From an uncultured Chitinophagaceae bacterium (lineage in GTDB: Bacteria; Bacteroidota; Bacteroidia; Chitinophagales; Chitinophagaceae): 64,000 nucleotides of DNA. Both the position numbers and the translations under genes were made by a program. Shown piece by piece: positions 48,653-58,508 of the stretch. The notes beneath the pieces were generated by a model that was given only the letters and a program-made list of their open reading frames with translations, ran no database searches and was not told the DNA's origin. The number at the start of each line of letters is the position of its first letter. Positions within the stretch are counted from its first letter, which is position 1. The stretch covers positions 11,950 to 75,949 of the forward strand of contig CAWFBO010000017.1 in the NCBI GenBank assembly GCA_963814075.1. Reading direction: 5' to 3'.

Positions 48653-50688
48653 ATGAAAAAGTTATTTTCTTTATTTTTCTTTTTATTTTCTTTTTCCTTT
48701 TCTTTTTCGCAATCAAATGATTCCTGGAAAATTGCTGCTAACAAAATTGATCCATCCAATTACTACGGCGAAACAGTTGCCAATGGTATGATCGGTATTG
48801 TTTCTTCTGCAGAGCCATTAAAATGCAAAACGGTTGTTTTAAACGGCGCGTATGATCAATATGGCCGAGGAATGGTAAGCAATTTCCTGCAAAGCTTTAA
48901 CCTGGTTGATATGCAAATGGATATTGACGGTCATCGCATTGGAGATAAAGATGCCAGCAATATGAGGCAGGTGCTCGATATGAAGCACGCTAATTTAAGT
49001 ACTACGTTTGATTACGGCGACAAAGCCACCATTTCTTATACTTATTATGCGCTGAGAAATCTGCCTTACAATGTTTTGGTAGATGTTACTATCACTGCAA
49101 AAAAAGATATAGAAATAATTCCGGCAAGTGTACTGCAGGCACCGGATGAATTGCGAGATGTGCAGAATTATTACAACCAGGTTGATAAACCGGGCGAGTT
49201 AATCAGTTTGCTTGTTTCAACAGCAAAAAGCCCGACAGGAAAATTAACCTTTGCTTCGGCAACTACATTTCTTTTTGATGAACCACAGGAACACAACCGG
49301 AACTGATCCATGAAATGTGGGACAACAATATGCATCTTTTGAAATTTAAGAAGAAACTGAAAGCAGGAACTTCCTATCATTTTGCGATTGCCGGCGTATC
49401 CATCAGCACCGCACAGCATGAAGATCCGTTTAACGAAGCACAGCGGTATGCCATATACGCAAAATTGCAAGGCGTTAAAAAACTCATTCAATTTCATGAT
49501 GCAGCATGGGACAATCTTTGGAAGAGCGATGTTGAAATTCAGGGTGATGAAGCAAGCGAGCGCGATATTCATTCTGCCATGTACCATTTGTATTCTTTTG
49601 TCAGGGGCGGTACCGCGTATAGCCCGTCGCCGATGGGATTGAGCGGGCTTGGATATAACGGCCATGTTTTCTGGGATGCGGAATTATGGATGTATCCCGG
49701 CTCTTTTGGTGCTACATCCGGAGATGGCGAAAAGCATGGTGGAATACCGTTATCCGAACGGCTTGAAAGCGGCAGAACATAATGCTTTTGCACATGGATA
49801 TAAAGGCGCGATGTATCCATGGGAAAGTGCTGCAAGCGGTAATGGAAGAAACACCGGTATGGGCGCTTCAGCGGGCCTTTTGAACATCATATAACGGCCG
49901 ATGTAGCCATCGCGGCATGGAATTATTTTGCGGTAACGCAGGATACGCCATGGCTTCGCGAAAAAGGTTTCCCGATGATAAAGGAATGTGCCGATTTCTG
50001 GACGAGCCGTGTTGAGAGAAACGGTCCCGGGCATTATGATATTAATAATGTAGTGGCCGCGGATGAATGGGCAGAGAATGTAGACAATAACGCCTTTACC
50101 AATGCAGCGGCAAAAGCGAATTTACAATACGCAGTGTGGGCGGCAGAAATTTTACATGAGCCCGTTGATACCGATTGGATCAATGTAAGAAATAATATTC
50201 CGATCCTGAAAATGGCTAATGGCGTTACTTCAGAATATGCGGGATATAATGGAATAAAAATCAAACAGGCAGACGTGAATCTATTGGCTTATCCTCTAAA
50301 AGAGATTACGGATCCGGCACAAATAAAAAAAGACCTGGCTTACTATGAAAGCAGGGTGGGAGAAGGCTCTCCGGCGATGACGCACGCCATCTTTACCATT
50401 TTATATGCGCGGCTTAATGAACCCGAAAAAGCATGGAACGCATTTGAAGAGTCCTATATTCCAAATAAATTGCCGCCATTTGGTGTAATGGCAGAAACAG
50501 CCGGAGGTACCAATCCTTATTTTGCTACAGGTGCAGGAGGATATTTGCAAAGCGTGCTGTTTGGTTTTGGCGGACTTGATATAACGCGGGATGGAATTGT
50601 ACAATTAAAGACTTCGCTGCCAAAAAACTGGAAGTCACTAACCCTTACAGGAATTGGAAAAGATAAAAAGACCTTTGTTGTGAAGTGA
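48653..50688 (+). CDS. Secreted GH65 glycoside hydrolase (kojibiose hydrolase/PGGHG-like); frameshifted
   Basis: Signal peptide; ANGMIG, SPMGLSGLGYNGHVFWDAELW, YPWES, VVAADEWAE, KQADV.LL.YPL, YFATGAGG.LQ. Confidence 0.88.
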
Positions 50689-50874
50689 GTTTTTCGGGGG
50701 AGTGCAATTTAGTAAACCAACTTTTTTGAAAGATTCCTATTTCGCAAGTGAAGTGAACTTGCTATTGTCACAGATAAGTATTTTTTCCTGAATTAAAATA
50801 ATAAGTACAAAATTTTCTTAATTTTAGCGAAATCTATTTTTTAAGTAGTATTTATTTTATTGCTTAATTGCTTA

Positions 50875-51450
50875 ATGATTGCTTTGAAAAAGATAACTGC
50901 TATATTTTTTCTCGTTCTTTTCGCTTTCAACTGGTTTGGATACCGGCTGATGTATGATTATATGCAGAAGCAAGCCAACAAGCAGTTAGAAGCCAACCTG
51001 GATAATGATCAATACGATGAATCACAGTTGATTGAATTAAAGGTTCCTGTTAATCTTCCTTATCAAACCAGTTGGGCATCTTACCAACGTTACAATGGTG
51101 AAATTGAGTTAAACGGCGTAAGATATAAATATGTAAAGCGTAAACTTGCCAACGATACGCTTTATCTAAAATGCATTCCCAATACCAAAGAGATGATGCT
51201 GCAGACAGCGAAAGACGAATTCTATCAATTATCAAATAATCTTCTTCAAAATAGTAATCCGAAAAAAGCCGACAACACAGCTTCGGTTTTCAAGAATCTT
51301 CAAAACGTATTTAATGAGCCCTCTTTGGGATTTGACATTTCTTCCCCGTTTTTATCCGGACTGAGAAATTGGATTCCTTTGAAACCGGCACACCTGCTTT
51401 CCATCATTCATCTTTCTCCCGAACAGCCACCAGATGCTGTAATTGCCTGA
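50875..51450 (+). CDS. Hypothetical membrane-anchored protein ending in a Pro-Pro motif
   Basis: N-terminal TM (FNWFGY), GEIELNG..YKYVKR...DTLYLKC, C-terminal HLSPEQPPD. Confidence 0.75.
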   Translation: MIALKKITAIFFLVLFAFNWFGYRLMYDYMQKQANKQLEANLDNDQYDESQLIELKVPVNLPYQTSWASYQRYNGEIELNGVRYKYVKRKLANDTLYLKCIPNTKEMMLQTAKDEFYQLSNNLLQNSNPKKADNTASVFKNLQNVFNEPSLGFDISSPFLSGLRNWIPLKPAHLLSIIHLSPEQPPDAVIA

Positions 51451-52004
51451 TTTCCGGCTATTTTAAGCCCGAAAGAAATGCAGCTCCTTAAAATTTAATG
51501 GAATTGTTGCGGCCATCGTTTTTAGTTGTGAAAAAGAAAACCTGCGATCTTTTTTGATACCCGTTTTTAAAGACGCGGCGTATCTCAAAAGCAAAAGTGT
51601 TTCATTAGCAATTAAAAATAATAAGCGACAAGATAATTTTATTCCATAGTTTTTTCACCACGAAGGTTTATTCCGGTGATATCCTTCAGCGCTGCGTTTC
51701 AGGCATCCAAAAATATTCCCGATCAAACAGAATTGCGAATTGAACATGTGACAAGCCGACACTGTTCAACAAACAACGGCTTTACGAATTGTAAAATTTA
51801 ATGGCTGTTTTAGAAACAACAAGTGTGTTTAACAATACAAAAAAATTAGGAGACCCCGTTTTTTAAAATACTCTTTATGAAAATGAACCAGTCTTATTAT
51901 TTGTGTTTATTCCCGTTTTGCATCGCTATTGGCAAACCGGGTAATGGACAGACTTGCCTCTTAAAAACTCAACAAAATTCTTCTCAAATACTAAATTTTT
52001 TATT

Positions 52005-53093
52005 ATGAAACAGATCTCTTCCATCGCGCTAATTGCCATTTTTTTCACGTGCGTCGCGGGCACGGCTCATTCACAAGGTTGCGTGGCTATTCGCAGCACG
52101 GGTGGCGTATGCACCATGGACCAGGACCAACAGTTGGATACCCTTACAAAATGGGATATAAATGTTAACAACAGGTACTTTAAATCTTTCAGGCATTTCG
52201 TTGGAACACAGGAACAAAAACAACGTGTAGAACAAGGAACAGAAGTTATCAATCACTCTTACACGCTGGATATTACGCCTACCTACCATTTAAACAAATG
52301 GTGGTCTTTTTCTCTTGATGTTCCAATATTAGCCAACACACGTTCGTCACTTTACGAGCACGACCACGTGAGCAGGCATCAAACCCATTCTTTCGGCGTT
52401 GGTGACATAAGACTTACAGCCTACACATGGCTTTTTGATCCTGGAAAAATGCCACGGGGCAATGTACAGGTGGGCCTTGGAATTAAGTTGCCTACAGGCG
52501 ATTATAATTACCAGGATTTCTTTTACAAAAGTGATACGACCAGGGTGTTAGGCCCTGTTGATCAATCCATCCAACTGGGTGATGGCGGAACTGGTTTTAC
52601 GTTTGAAATGAACGCCTTCTATAGTTTTACCGAAAAGTTTTCAAGCTATGCAAATGTGTATTACCTCGCTAATCCGCGTGAACAAAACGGGACTTCCACC
52701 TCAAGAGGCGGAACACCCTCACAAAGCAGCATTTTATACCAAAGCAGTACCATGAGTGTGCCTGATCAATATATGTTGAGAGCAGGCGTGAATTATAACA
52801 TCAGTTCTCTACAACTTTCATTGGGTGTAAGGGATGAATGTTTGCCGGTTCACGATCTTATTGGGGGAAGCGGCGGTTTTCGCAGGCCGGGATATATCAT
52901 TTCTATTGAGCCGGGAGTAAATTATTCTTTCAAAAAATTCAATTTGTATGCTTTTGTACCGGTGGCTTTACAACGCAACAGGACACAAAGTGTACCGGAT
53001 AAAATTAAAACAGCAATGACGGGAACTTATTCGCAAGGCGACGCAGCTTTTGCAGATTATACAGTAAACATAGGGTTTACAAAGAGGTTCTAA
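52005..53093 (+). CDS. Outer-membrane beta-barrel protein with N-terminal Cys pair
   Basis: Signal peptide then QGCVAIR...C; amphipathic strands; GVGDIRL, GIKLPTG and QLGDGG (SphA/transporter-like); C-terminal Phe. Confidence 0.75.
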   Translation: MKQISSIALIAIFFTCVAGTAHSQGCVAIRSTGGVCTMDQDQQLDTLTKWDINVNNRYFKSFRHFVGTQEQKQRVEQGTEVINHSYTLDITPTYHLNKWWSFSLDVPILANTRSSLYEHDHVSRHQTHSFGVGDIRLTAYTWLFDPGKMPRGNVQVGLGIKLPTGDYNYQDFFYKSDTTRVLGPVDQSIQLGDGGTGFTFEMNAFYSFTEKFSSYANVYYLANPREQNGTSTSRGGTPSQSSILYQSSTMSVPDQYMLRAGVNYNISSLQLSLGVRDECLPVHDLIGGSGGFRRPGYIISIEPGVNYSFKKFNLYAFVPVALQRNRTQSVPDKIKTAMTGTYSQGDAAFADYTVNIGFTKRF

Positions 53094-53122
53094 CAGCTGA
53101 ATAAATATTAATCAAGTAATAC

Positions 53123-53156
53123 GGCCCTGTTATTCTTATCGGGGGCCTCTTTTTTT
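53123..53156 (+). terminator. Intrinsic terminator after the barrel gene
   Basis: GGCCCT...GGGGCC stem followed by a T7 run. Confidence 0.6.
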
Positions 53157-53225
53157 GAATAACTAAGATCGATGTTTTTTTGAATTCCAACAAAAAAATC
53201 ATTTTTAGTTGTCGGGTAAAAACTT

Positions 53226-53261
53226 TCAAAATAAAAAAAGTAAAAAATTGTCTGTTTACCG
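53226..53261 (+). repeat. 36-bp upstream motif, copy A (before AhpD-like 1)
   Basis: TCAAAATAAAAAAAGTAAAAAATTGTCTGTTTACCG; 28/36 identical, ungapped, to 55753-55788. Confidence 0.6.
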
Positions 53262-53288
53262 GACAAGTCAATTTCTAAAATTAACATC

Positions 53289-53867
53289 ATGCCATACATT
53301 CCATTAGAAGCACATTTGCCGGGCATTACAGGTTTACTTGAATACGATAAAATAGCGGCAAAGCCGATAAGAGAACTTACGCAAATTTTACTTCGCGGCC
53401 CTTCTTCATTAACTGAAGGTGAACGTGAATTAATTGCTACGGTGGTTTCAAATGGAAATCAATGCAGCTTTTGTACTGCGGCCCATACTGCCGCCGCTAA
53501 TATTTTACTCGGCGAAAATGAAACTTCTAAAAACGTAAAAGAAAATATTGTCACCGCACCTGTAAGTAATAAAATGAAGGGATTGTTAACTATCGCATCG
53601 ATGGTTCGGGAAAGTGGTAAGGCTGTTACAAAGGAAGCAATAGAAAAAGCAAAGGCAGAAGGAGCAACCGACATTGAGATTCATGACACGGTTTTGATTG
53701 CCGCCTTATTCTGTTTGTACAACCGTTATGTTGACGGGCTTGCTACTGTTACTCCTGCCAACCCGGATTTCTATAAAAATTTAGCCATTCGTCTGAAGGA
53801 TCATGGGTACAATCGTTTGAAGGAGGGATATGATCATTTGAAAAAAGATAAATCCTTAGCGTCATGA
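53289..53867 (+). CDS. AhpD/carboxymuconolactone decarboxylase-like protein 1
   Basis: LPGI, ERELIATVVS..NQCSFCTAAH, IHDTVLIAALFCLYNRYVDGL. Confidence 0.9.
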   Translation: MPYIPLEAHLPGITGLLEYDKIAAKPIRELTQILLRGPSSLTEGERELIATVVSNGNQCSFCTAAHTAAANILLGENETSKNVKENIVTAPVSNKMKGLLTIASMVRESGKAVTKEAIEKAKAEGATDIEIHDTVLIAALFCLYNRYVDGLATVTPANPDFYKNLAIRLKDHGYNRLKEGYDHLKKDKSLAS

Positions 53868-55138
53868 AGAAGTTTACAACTGAATATAGTCCTGTTCGCG
53901 AGAAGAAAAACCTGGCAATTGCATTTGCCATTTGTTATATCAGTATTATGTTCAGCGGCATTTCTTCGATGCTGATGTCTGTATATCTGCCGGTAGCCGT
54001 AAAAGATCTTTTGGGCAATGTGACGGATGAAAGAATGAATACCATCAGCGCCTACATCAATTCCATATTTATATTCGGAACTATGTTTGGCGGTTTTGCC
54101 TGGGGATTTATCTGCGATAAGATCGGCCGCTCGAGATCAGTGATTTTATCAACGGCCTTGTACGGCTTGTTCACTCTACTCACTTCATTTTCATCATCCT
54201 GGTTCCTGGCCGGCGTCTATCGTTTTGTTACAGGATTTGGCGTTGGCGGCGTAATGGTGACTACCAATATTTTGATAGCCGAAATATGGCCTGAAAAGAA
54301 AAGAGCCATAGCTCTTGGAATTGTATCAGCAGCAATGCCTGTAGGGTTTATTGTTGCCGGCCTTTTAAATAATTTGATACCCGAATGGCGAAGTGCTTTT
54401 CTTTCAGGAATTATTCCTTTGGCGACGACCCTCATTGCGGTATTTGTTTTAGCAGAACCGGAGGCCTGGAGAAATGTCTATGAAACTAAAAAAAATGAAG
54501 CAGGTTCACGGCTTTTTTCAAACGAGTACAGGAAAAATCTGATTCATGGTTCTATAGTTTTTGGCGCCATGCTTATTGGTTTGTGGGCCATTTTTTCATG
54601 GGCACCCACATGGGTACAAAGTGTTACGCCTGATCCCGTCAAAGCCAACGAACTACGCGGCACTACGATGATCGTTTTGTCTTTTTCAGGTTTGATAGGA
54701 AGCATTGTTTCCGGCTGGATTGTGAATCGTATGGGCATGCGCAACACGATGACTATGTGCTTCATTGTAAGCTTTATAATGACGGGTGTTGTGTTCAAAT
54801 TGAATCACTCGGTTACTGCTGCAACTTTCATAGAAATGAGTGCACTCACTTTCTTTTTTGGGATAAGCCAGGGCGCGTTATCTGTTTACATCCCCTCGCT
54901 ATTCCCCACAAGTGTGAGAGCTTCTGCAACAGGATTTTGTTTCAATATCGGGAGATTGTTTACAGCGACGGTAGTCTTCTTTATTGGTGCACTGGTTTTG
55001 TTTTTGGGAGGTTACGGCAATGCGATCTTCACATTCTCATTCATCTTTTTGATCGGATCCATTTTTACAATATTCTCAAGAAATACGATAAAACCAAAAT
55101 TGCCTGTTGCAGATTTTGAAACATCTGTCGCCGGATAA
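53864..55138 (+). CDS. MFS transporter
   Basis: About 12 hydrophobic segments; GFICDKIGR motif A, RFVTGFGVGG, EIWPEKKR, FPTSVRASATG; ATGA overlap with the upstream gene. Confidence 0.92.
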   Translation: MKKFTTEYSPVREKKNLAIAFAICYISIMFSGISSMLMSVYLPVAVKDLLGNVTDERMNTISAYINSIFIFGTMFGGFAWGFICDKIGRSRSVILSTALYGLFTLLTSFSSSWFLAGVYRFVTGFGVGGVMVTTNILIAEIWPEKKRAIALGIVSAAMPVGFIVAGLLNNLIPEWRSAFLSGIIPLATTLIAVFVLAEPEAWRNVYETKKNEAGSRLFSNEYRKNLIHGSIVFGAMLIGLWAIFSWAPTWVQSVTPDPVKANELRGTTMIVLSFSGLIGSIVSGWIVNRMGMRNTMTMCFIVSFIMTGVVFKLNHSVTAATFIEMSALTFFFGISQGALSVYIPSLFPTSVRASATGFCFNIGRLFTATVVFFIGALVLFLGGYGNAIFTFSFIFLIGSIFTIFSRNTIKPKLPVADFETSVAG

Positions 55139-55187
55139 AACATAAACAAAAGGTGTTTAAAATATTAACTAATAAACCATAAAAAAA

Positions 55188-55739
55188 ATGGCACACATAA
55201 AAGTTCCCGAAGGTGTTCCCGGAATCAGGAGCCTGGTAATGTTTAGACCGGAAACCGGCAAACCTTTATACGAATTAGCGCAGGTTTTATTAAGAGGCGA
55301 ATCCACTTTAAGCGAAGCGCAACGTGAGTTGATTGCGGCTTATGTTTCAAAGAGAAACGACACCATGTTTTGCATGATGAGCCATGCTGCTGCTTCCCGT
55401 GAGCTGTTTGGCGATGATAAACAAATCGTAGATGATGTATTGAAAGATATGAATAAGGCTGAAATCAGTAACAAGATGAAAGCGCTTTTAAACATCGCGG
55501 GCAAGGTGCAGGAACTTGGTAAGGAAGTAAAGGCTGAAGATATTGATGCAGCAAGAAAAGAGGGTGCTACAGATAAAGAGATACATGACACAGTGTTAAT
55601 CGCTGCTGCATTCAGCATGTTTAACCGCTATGTAGATGGCCTGGCAAGTTTTACGCCAACCGATGAAAAGGAATACGAAGCCATGGGAAAGCGAATGGCA
55701 GAGAAAGGCTACGTGCCCCCTGCAAATAAAGAGCACTAA
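55188..55739 (+). CDS. AhpD/CMD-like protein 2 (TxxC variant)
   Basis: VPGIRSL, QRELIAAYVS..NDTMFCMMSH, IHDTVLIAAAFSMFNRYVDGL. Confidence 0.9.
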   Translation: MAHIKVPEGVPGIRSLVMFRPETGKPLYELAQVLLRGESTLSEAQRELIAAYVSKRNDTMFCMMSHAAASRELFGDDKQIVDDVLKDMNKAEISNKMKALLNIAGKVQELGKEVKAEDIDAARKEGATDKEIHDTVLIAAAFSMFNRYVDGLASFTPTDEKEYEAMGKRMAEKGYVPPANKEH

Positions 55740-55752
55740 TAGCAGTACGAAC

Positions 55753-55788
55753 TCAAAATAAAAATCTCAACTAATTATTTGTTTACCG
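55753..55788 (+). repeat. 36-bp upstream motif, copy B (before AhpD-like 3)
   Basis: TCAAAATAAAAATCTCAACTAATTATTTGTTTACCG, then an A-run and ATGGCTTACAT. Confidence 0.8.
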
Positions 55789-55801
55789 AAAAAAATAAAA
55801 T

Positions 55802-56354
55802 ATGGCTTACATCGATTTACAAAATGATTTACCCGGAATTCGCGGCCCCATGCAATACAGTCCTGAAACCGGCAAAGCCTTAAATGAGCTGGCAGAAATT
55901 TTATTGCATGACGAGAACAATACACTCTCGCGTGGCGAACGTGAAATGATCGGCGCTTATGTGTCTTCTCAAAACGATTGTTTCTTTTGCCAGAATGTGC
56001 ACGGCGCAATGGCTCAACATTATTTCGAATGCGACATGCAATTTATTGATGACATTAAAAAGGATTATACATCCACTCCCATTTCAGACAAACTTAAAGC
56101 ACTCTTAAGTATCGCCGGCAGTGTTCAAAAGGGAGGGAAGTTTGTTACGCACGAACAAATTGAAACTGCCAAAAATCAAGGTGCTACTGATAAAGAAATT
56201 CATGATACCGTTTTGATCGCTGCCGCATTTCTGCATGTTCAACAGGTATGTTGACGGATTGAATACGTGGGCGCCAAAAGATAGAAACGTGTATGTAGAA
56301 CGCGCAAAAATGCGTGCTGATGATGGCTATGCCAATTTAGATCCCAACAAATAA
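55802..56354 (+). CDS. AhpD/CMD-like protein 3 (extra base near 56230)
   Basis: EREMIGAYVS..NDCFFCQNVH; removing one T restores FCMFNRYVDGLNTWAPKDRNVYVERAKMRADDGYANLDPNK* ending at 56354. Confidence 0.88.
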
Positions 56355-56368
56355 AACTGACAATAACC

Positions 56369-57873
56369 ATGTATAAAAAAAGCAGTCTTTTTCTTTTAAT
56401 TGTCATAAGCGCTTTACAGGTTTACAGCCAAAAGTTTAGCGTAAGTTTTACCCGGGCGGCATCAGGATGAAAAGCTTTTCAGGTAAAGTGTTGTTGTATT
56501 TATCAAAAGATGCCAGATCTCCAAAAGATGAAATGGTGGGCGTTCATCAATTCCCCTGCTTTTCAATCACTGTAAATAATGTAAAGCCGAATGACAAAGT
56601 TGTGTTTGATGATAAGGCAATTTCTTATCCTGTTGCACTATCCGATATAGAAAGAGGCCAATATTATGCGCAGGTTGTTTGGGATAAAAATTTGGGAGGC
56701 CGTTCAATTGGTGAAAGCCCTGGCAATATATATAGCGATGCCGTACGTATTAATATCACCAAAGACCGTGATAAAGTTTTTAATATAGCGTGTAATGAAG
56801 TAGAAAAAGAAAAAGCTTTTGTTGAGACGGAGTTTGTTAAAGAACTCAGGCAGCCTTCCACATTATTATCAGCATTTTACAAAAGGCCTGCCAGCATAAG
56901 TGCAGCGGTAATATTACCAAAAGAATATGATGTACAACCCGGAAGAAGGTTTCCTGTTCTTTATTGGGTGAGTGGATTTGGAGGAGATTATCACTTTTTT
57001 TCCGGCAGCGATATACCAAGCCAACCGATAGACACCACGGCCTGCATCAGGGTTTTTCTTGATGGTAATTGCCCGCTTGGGCATTGTGTTTATGCAAATA
57101 GTGACAACAATGGTCCATGGGGTGATGCGCTCACAAAAGAATTAATTCCTGCAATAGAAAAGAAATACCGGTGCAACAATGCCCGCTTGCTTATGGGTCA
57201 TAGTAGCGGTGGCTGGACCGTTCTGTGGCTGCAAACCCATTATCCTGAAATATTTACAGCATGCTGGTCGAGTTCGCCGGATCCGGTTGATTTCAGGAGC
57301 TTTCAACAGGTTAATCTTTATAAGGATAAAAATATCTTTTATGATAAAGACAGTTCTTTAAGAATGGCAGCCACCATAGCCGGGCGGTATCCGTGGATTT
57401 ATATGAAAACCATGTACGAAATGGAACACGTCATTTACCGGGGAGAACAATTGCATTCATTCGATGCAGTATTCAGTACAAAAAATCCTGATGGTTCACC
57501 ACGCAGGCTCGTTAATGAACATACCGGCGTGATTGATCAGGTAACATTTGAACACTGGAAGAAATATGATATTTCACTTTATGTAAGAACCCACTGGCCA
57601 CAACTTGAGCCCGATCTCAAAGGAAAAATAAGAGTGTCTGTTGGCAACCAGGATAATTTTTTACTGAATTATGCCGTGCATTTGTTTGATGACGAAATGA
57701 AAAAAGTAAATGCCGGGTTTGTTTTTGCCTATTACCCCGGCGATCATTTTACGGTAAGCACTGACGAATATAAAGCTGCCGGAATGAAATTCTTAGAACA
57801 GAAATACAATGAATTCACGGAGAAGGATAATGCAATAAGAATAAGAATAAATCAAAATAAAAATCTCAATTAA
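56369..57873 (+). CDS. Secreted alpha/beta-hydrolase (esterase family); frameshift near 56465
   Basis: Signal-like MYKKSSLFLLIVISALQVYSQ from ATG 56369; LP..Y...RRFPVLY, NNGPWGDALT.ELIP, nucleophile GHSSGG, SPDPVDF, GDH. Confidence 0.85.
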
Positions 57874-57887
57874 TTATTTGTTTACTG
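57852..57887 (+). repeat. 36-bp upstream motif, copy C (before AhpD-like 4)
   Basis: TCAAAATAAAAATCTCAATTAATTATTTGTTTACTG; 34/36 identical to copy B; also followed by an A-run and ATGGCTTACAT. Confidence 0.8.
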
Positions 57888-57904
57888 AAAAAAAAATAAA
57901 AATT

Positions 57905-58468
57905 ATGGCTTACATAAATGTTGATAAAAACCTGCCTGGCATAAGGTCGTTGATGGCTTTCAGTCCTGATACAGCAGAACCGATGGGCCAGCTTGCCAAC
58001 TTACTGTTACGCACCAACGAAGGTTTGAGCATGGCTGAAAGAGAAATGATTGCAGCTCATGTTTCTTATTTAAATGACTGCTTTTATTGTCACCAGTCGC
58101 ATGGCGCCATTGCCGCCTGTTATTTGGATGGAAATGCATCGCTCATTGATCAGGTAAAAAAAGATTACCTGCAGGCTGATATCTCAGATAAACTGAAAGC
58201 GTTGCTGAGCATCGCGGGGAGCGTGCAAAAAGGCGGTAAGCATGTAACAGAAGAACAAATCGAAAAAGCTAAAAGCCTGGGAGCGACAGACAAGGACATA
58301 CACGATACGGTATTAATTGCTGCGATGTTCTGCCTGTTCAATCGATATGTGGACGGGCTCGGAGCTTATACGCCGACTGATCTTTCTTCTTATCCGCTAA
58401 GAGCAAAGCAAATTGCGGAACATGGCTATGGTAATTATATTTTTTTAAAATCCCAGCCTGTGGAATAA
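57905..58468 (+). CDS. AhpD/CMD-like protein 4
   Basis: LPGIRSL, EREMIAAHVS..NDCFYCHQSH, IHDTVLIAAMFCLFNRYVDGL. Confidence 0.9.
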   Translation: MAYINVDKNLPGIRSLMAFSPDTAEPMGQLANLLLRTNEGLSMAEREMIAAHVSYLNDCFYCHQSHGAIAACYLDGNASLIDQVKKDYLQADISDKLKALLSIAGSVQKGGKHVTEEQIEKAKSLGATDKDIHDTVLIAAMFCLFNRYVDGLGAYTPTDLSSYPLRAKQIAEHGYGNYIFLKSQPVE

Positions 58469-58508
58469 AATGTCACCGATTTCCCTAAAACTCAAACTCA
58501 AAACAAGT

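Noticed and set aside
51450-52005. Known riboswitch (cobalamin, TPP, SAM) or tRNA in the long spacer
   Set aside because: The diagnostic conserved cores were not recognisable by eye; kept only as an unknown structured-leader candidate.
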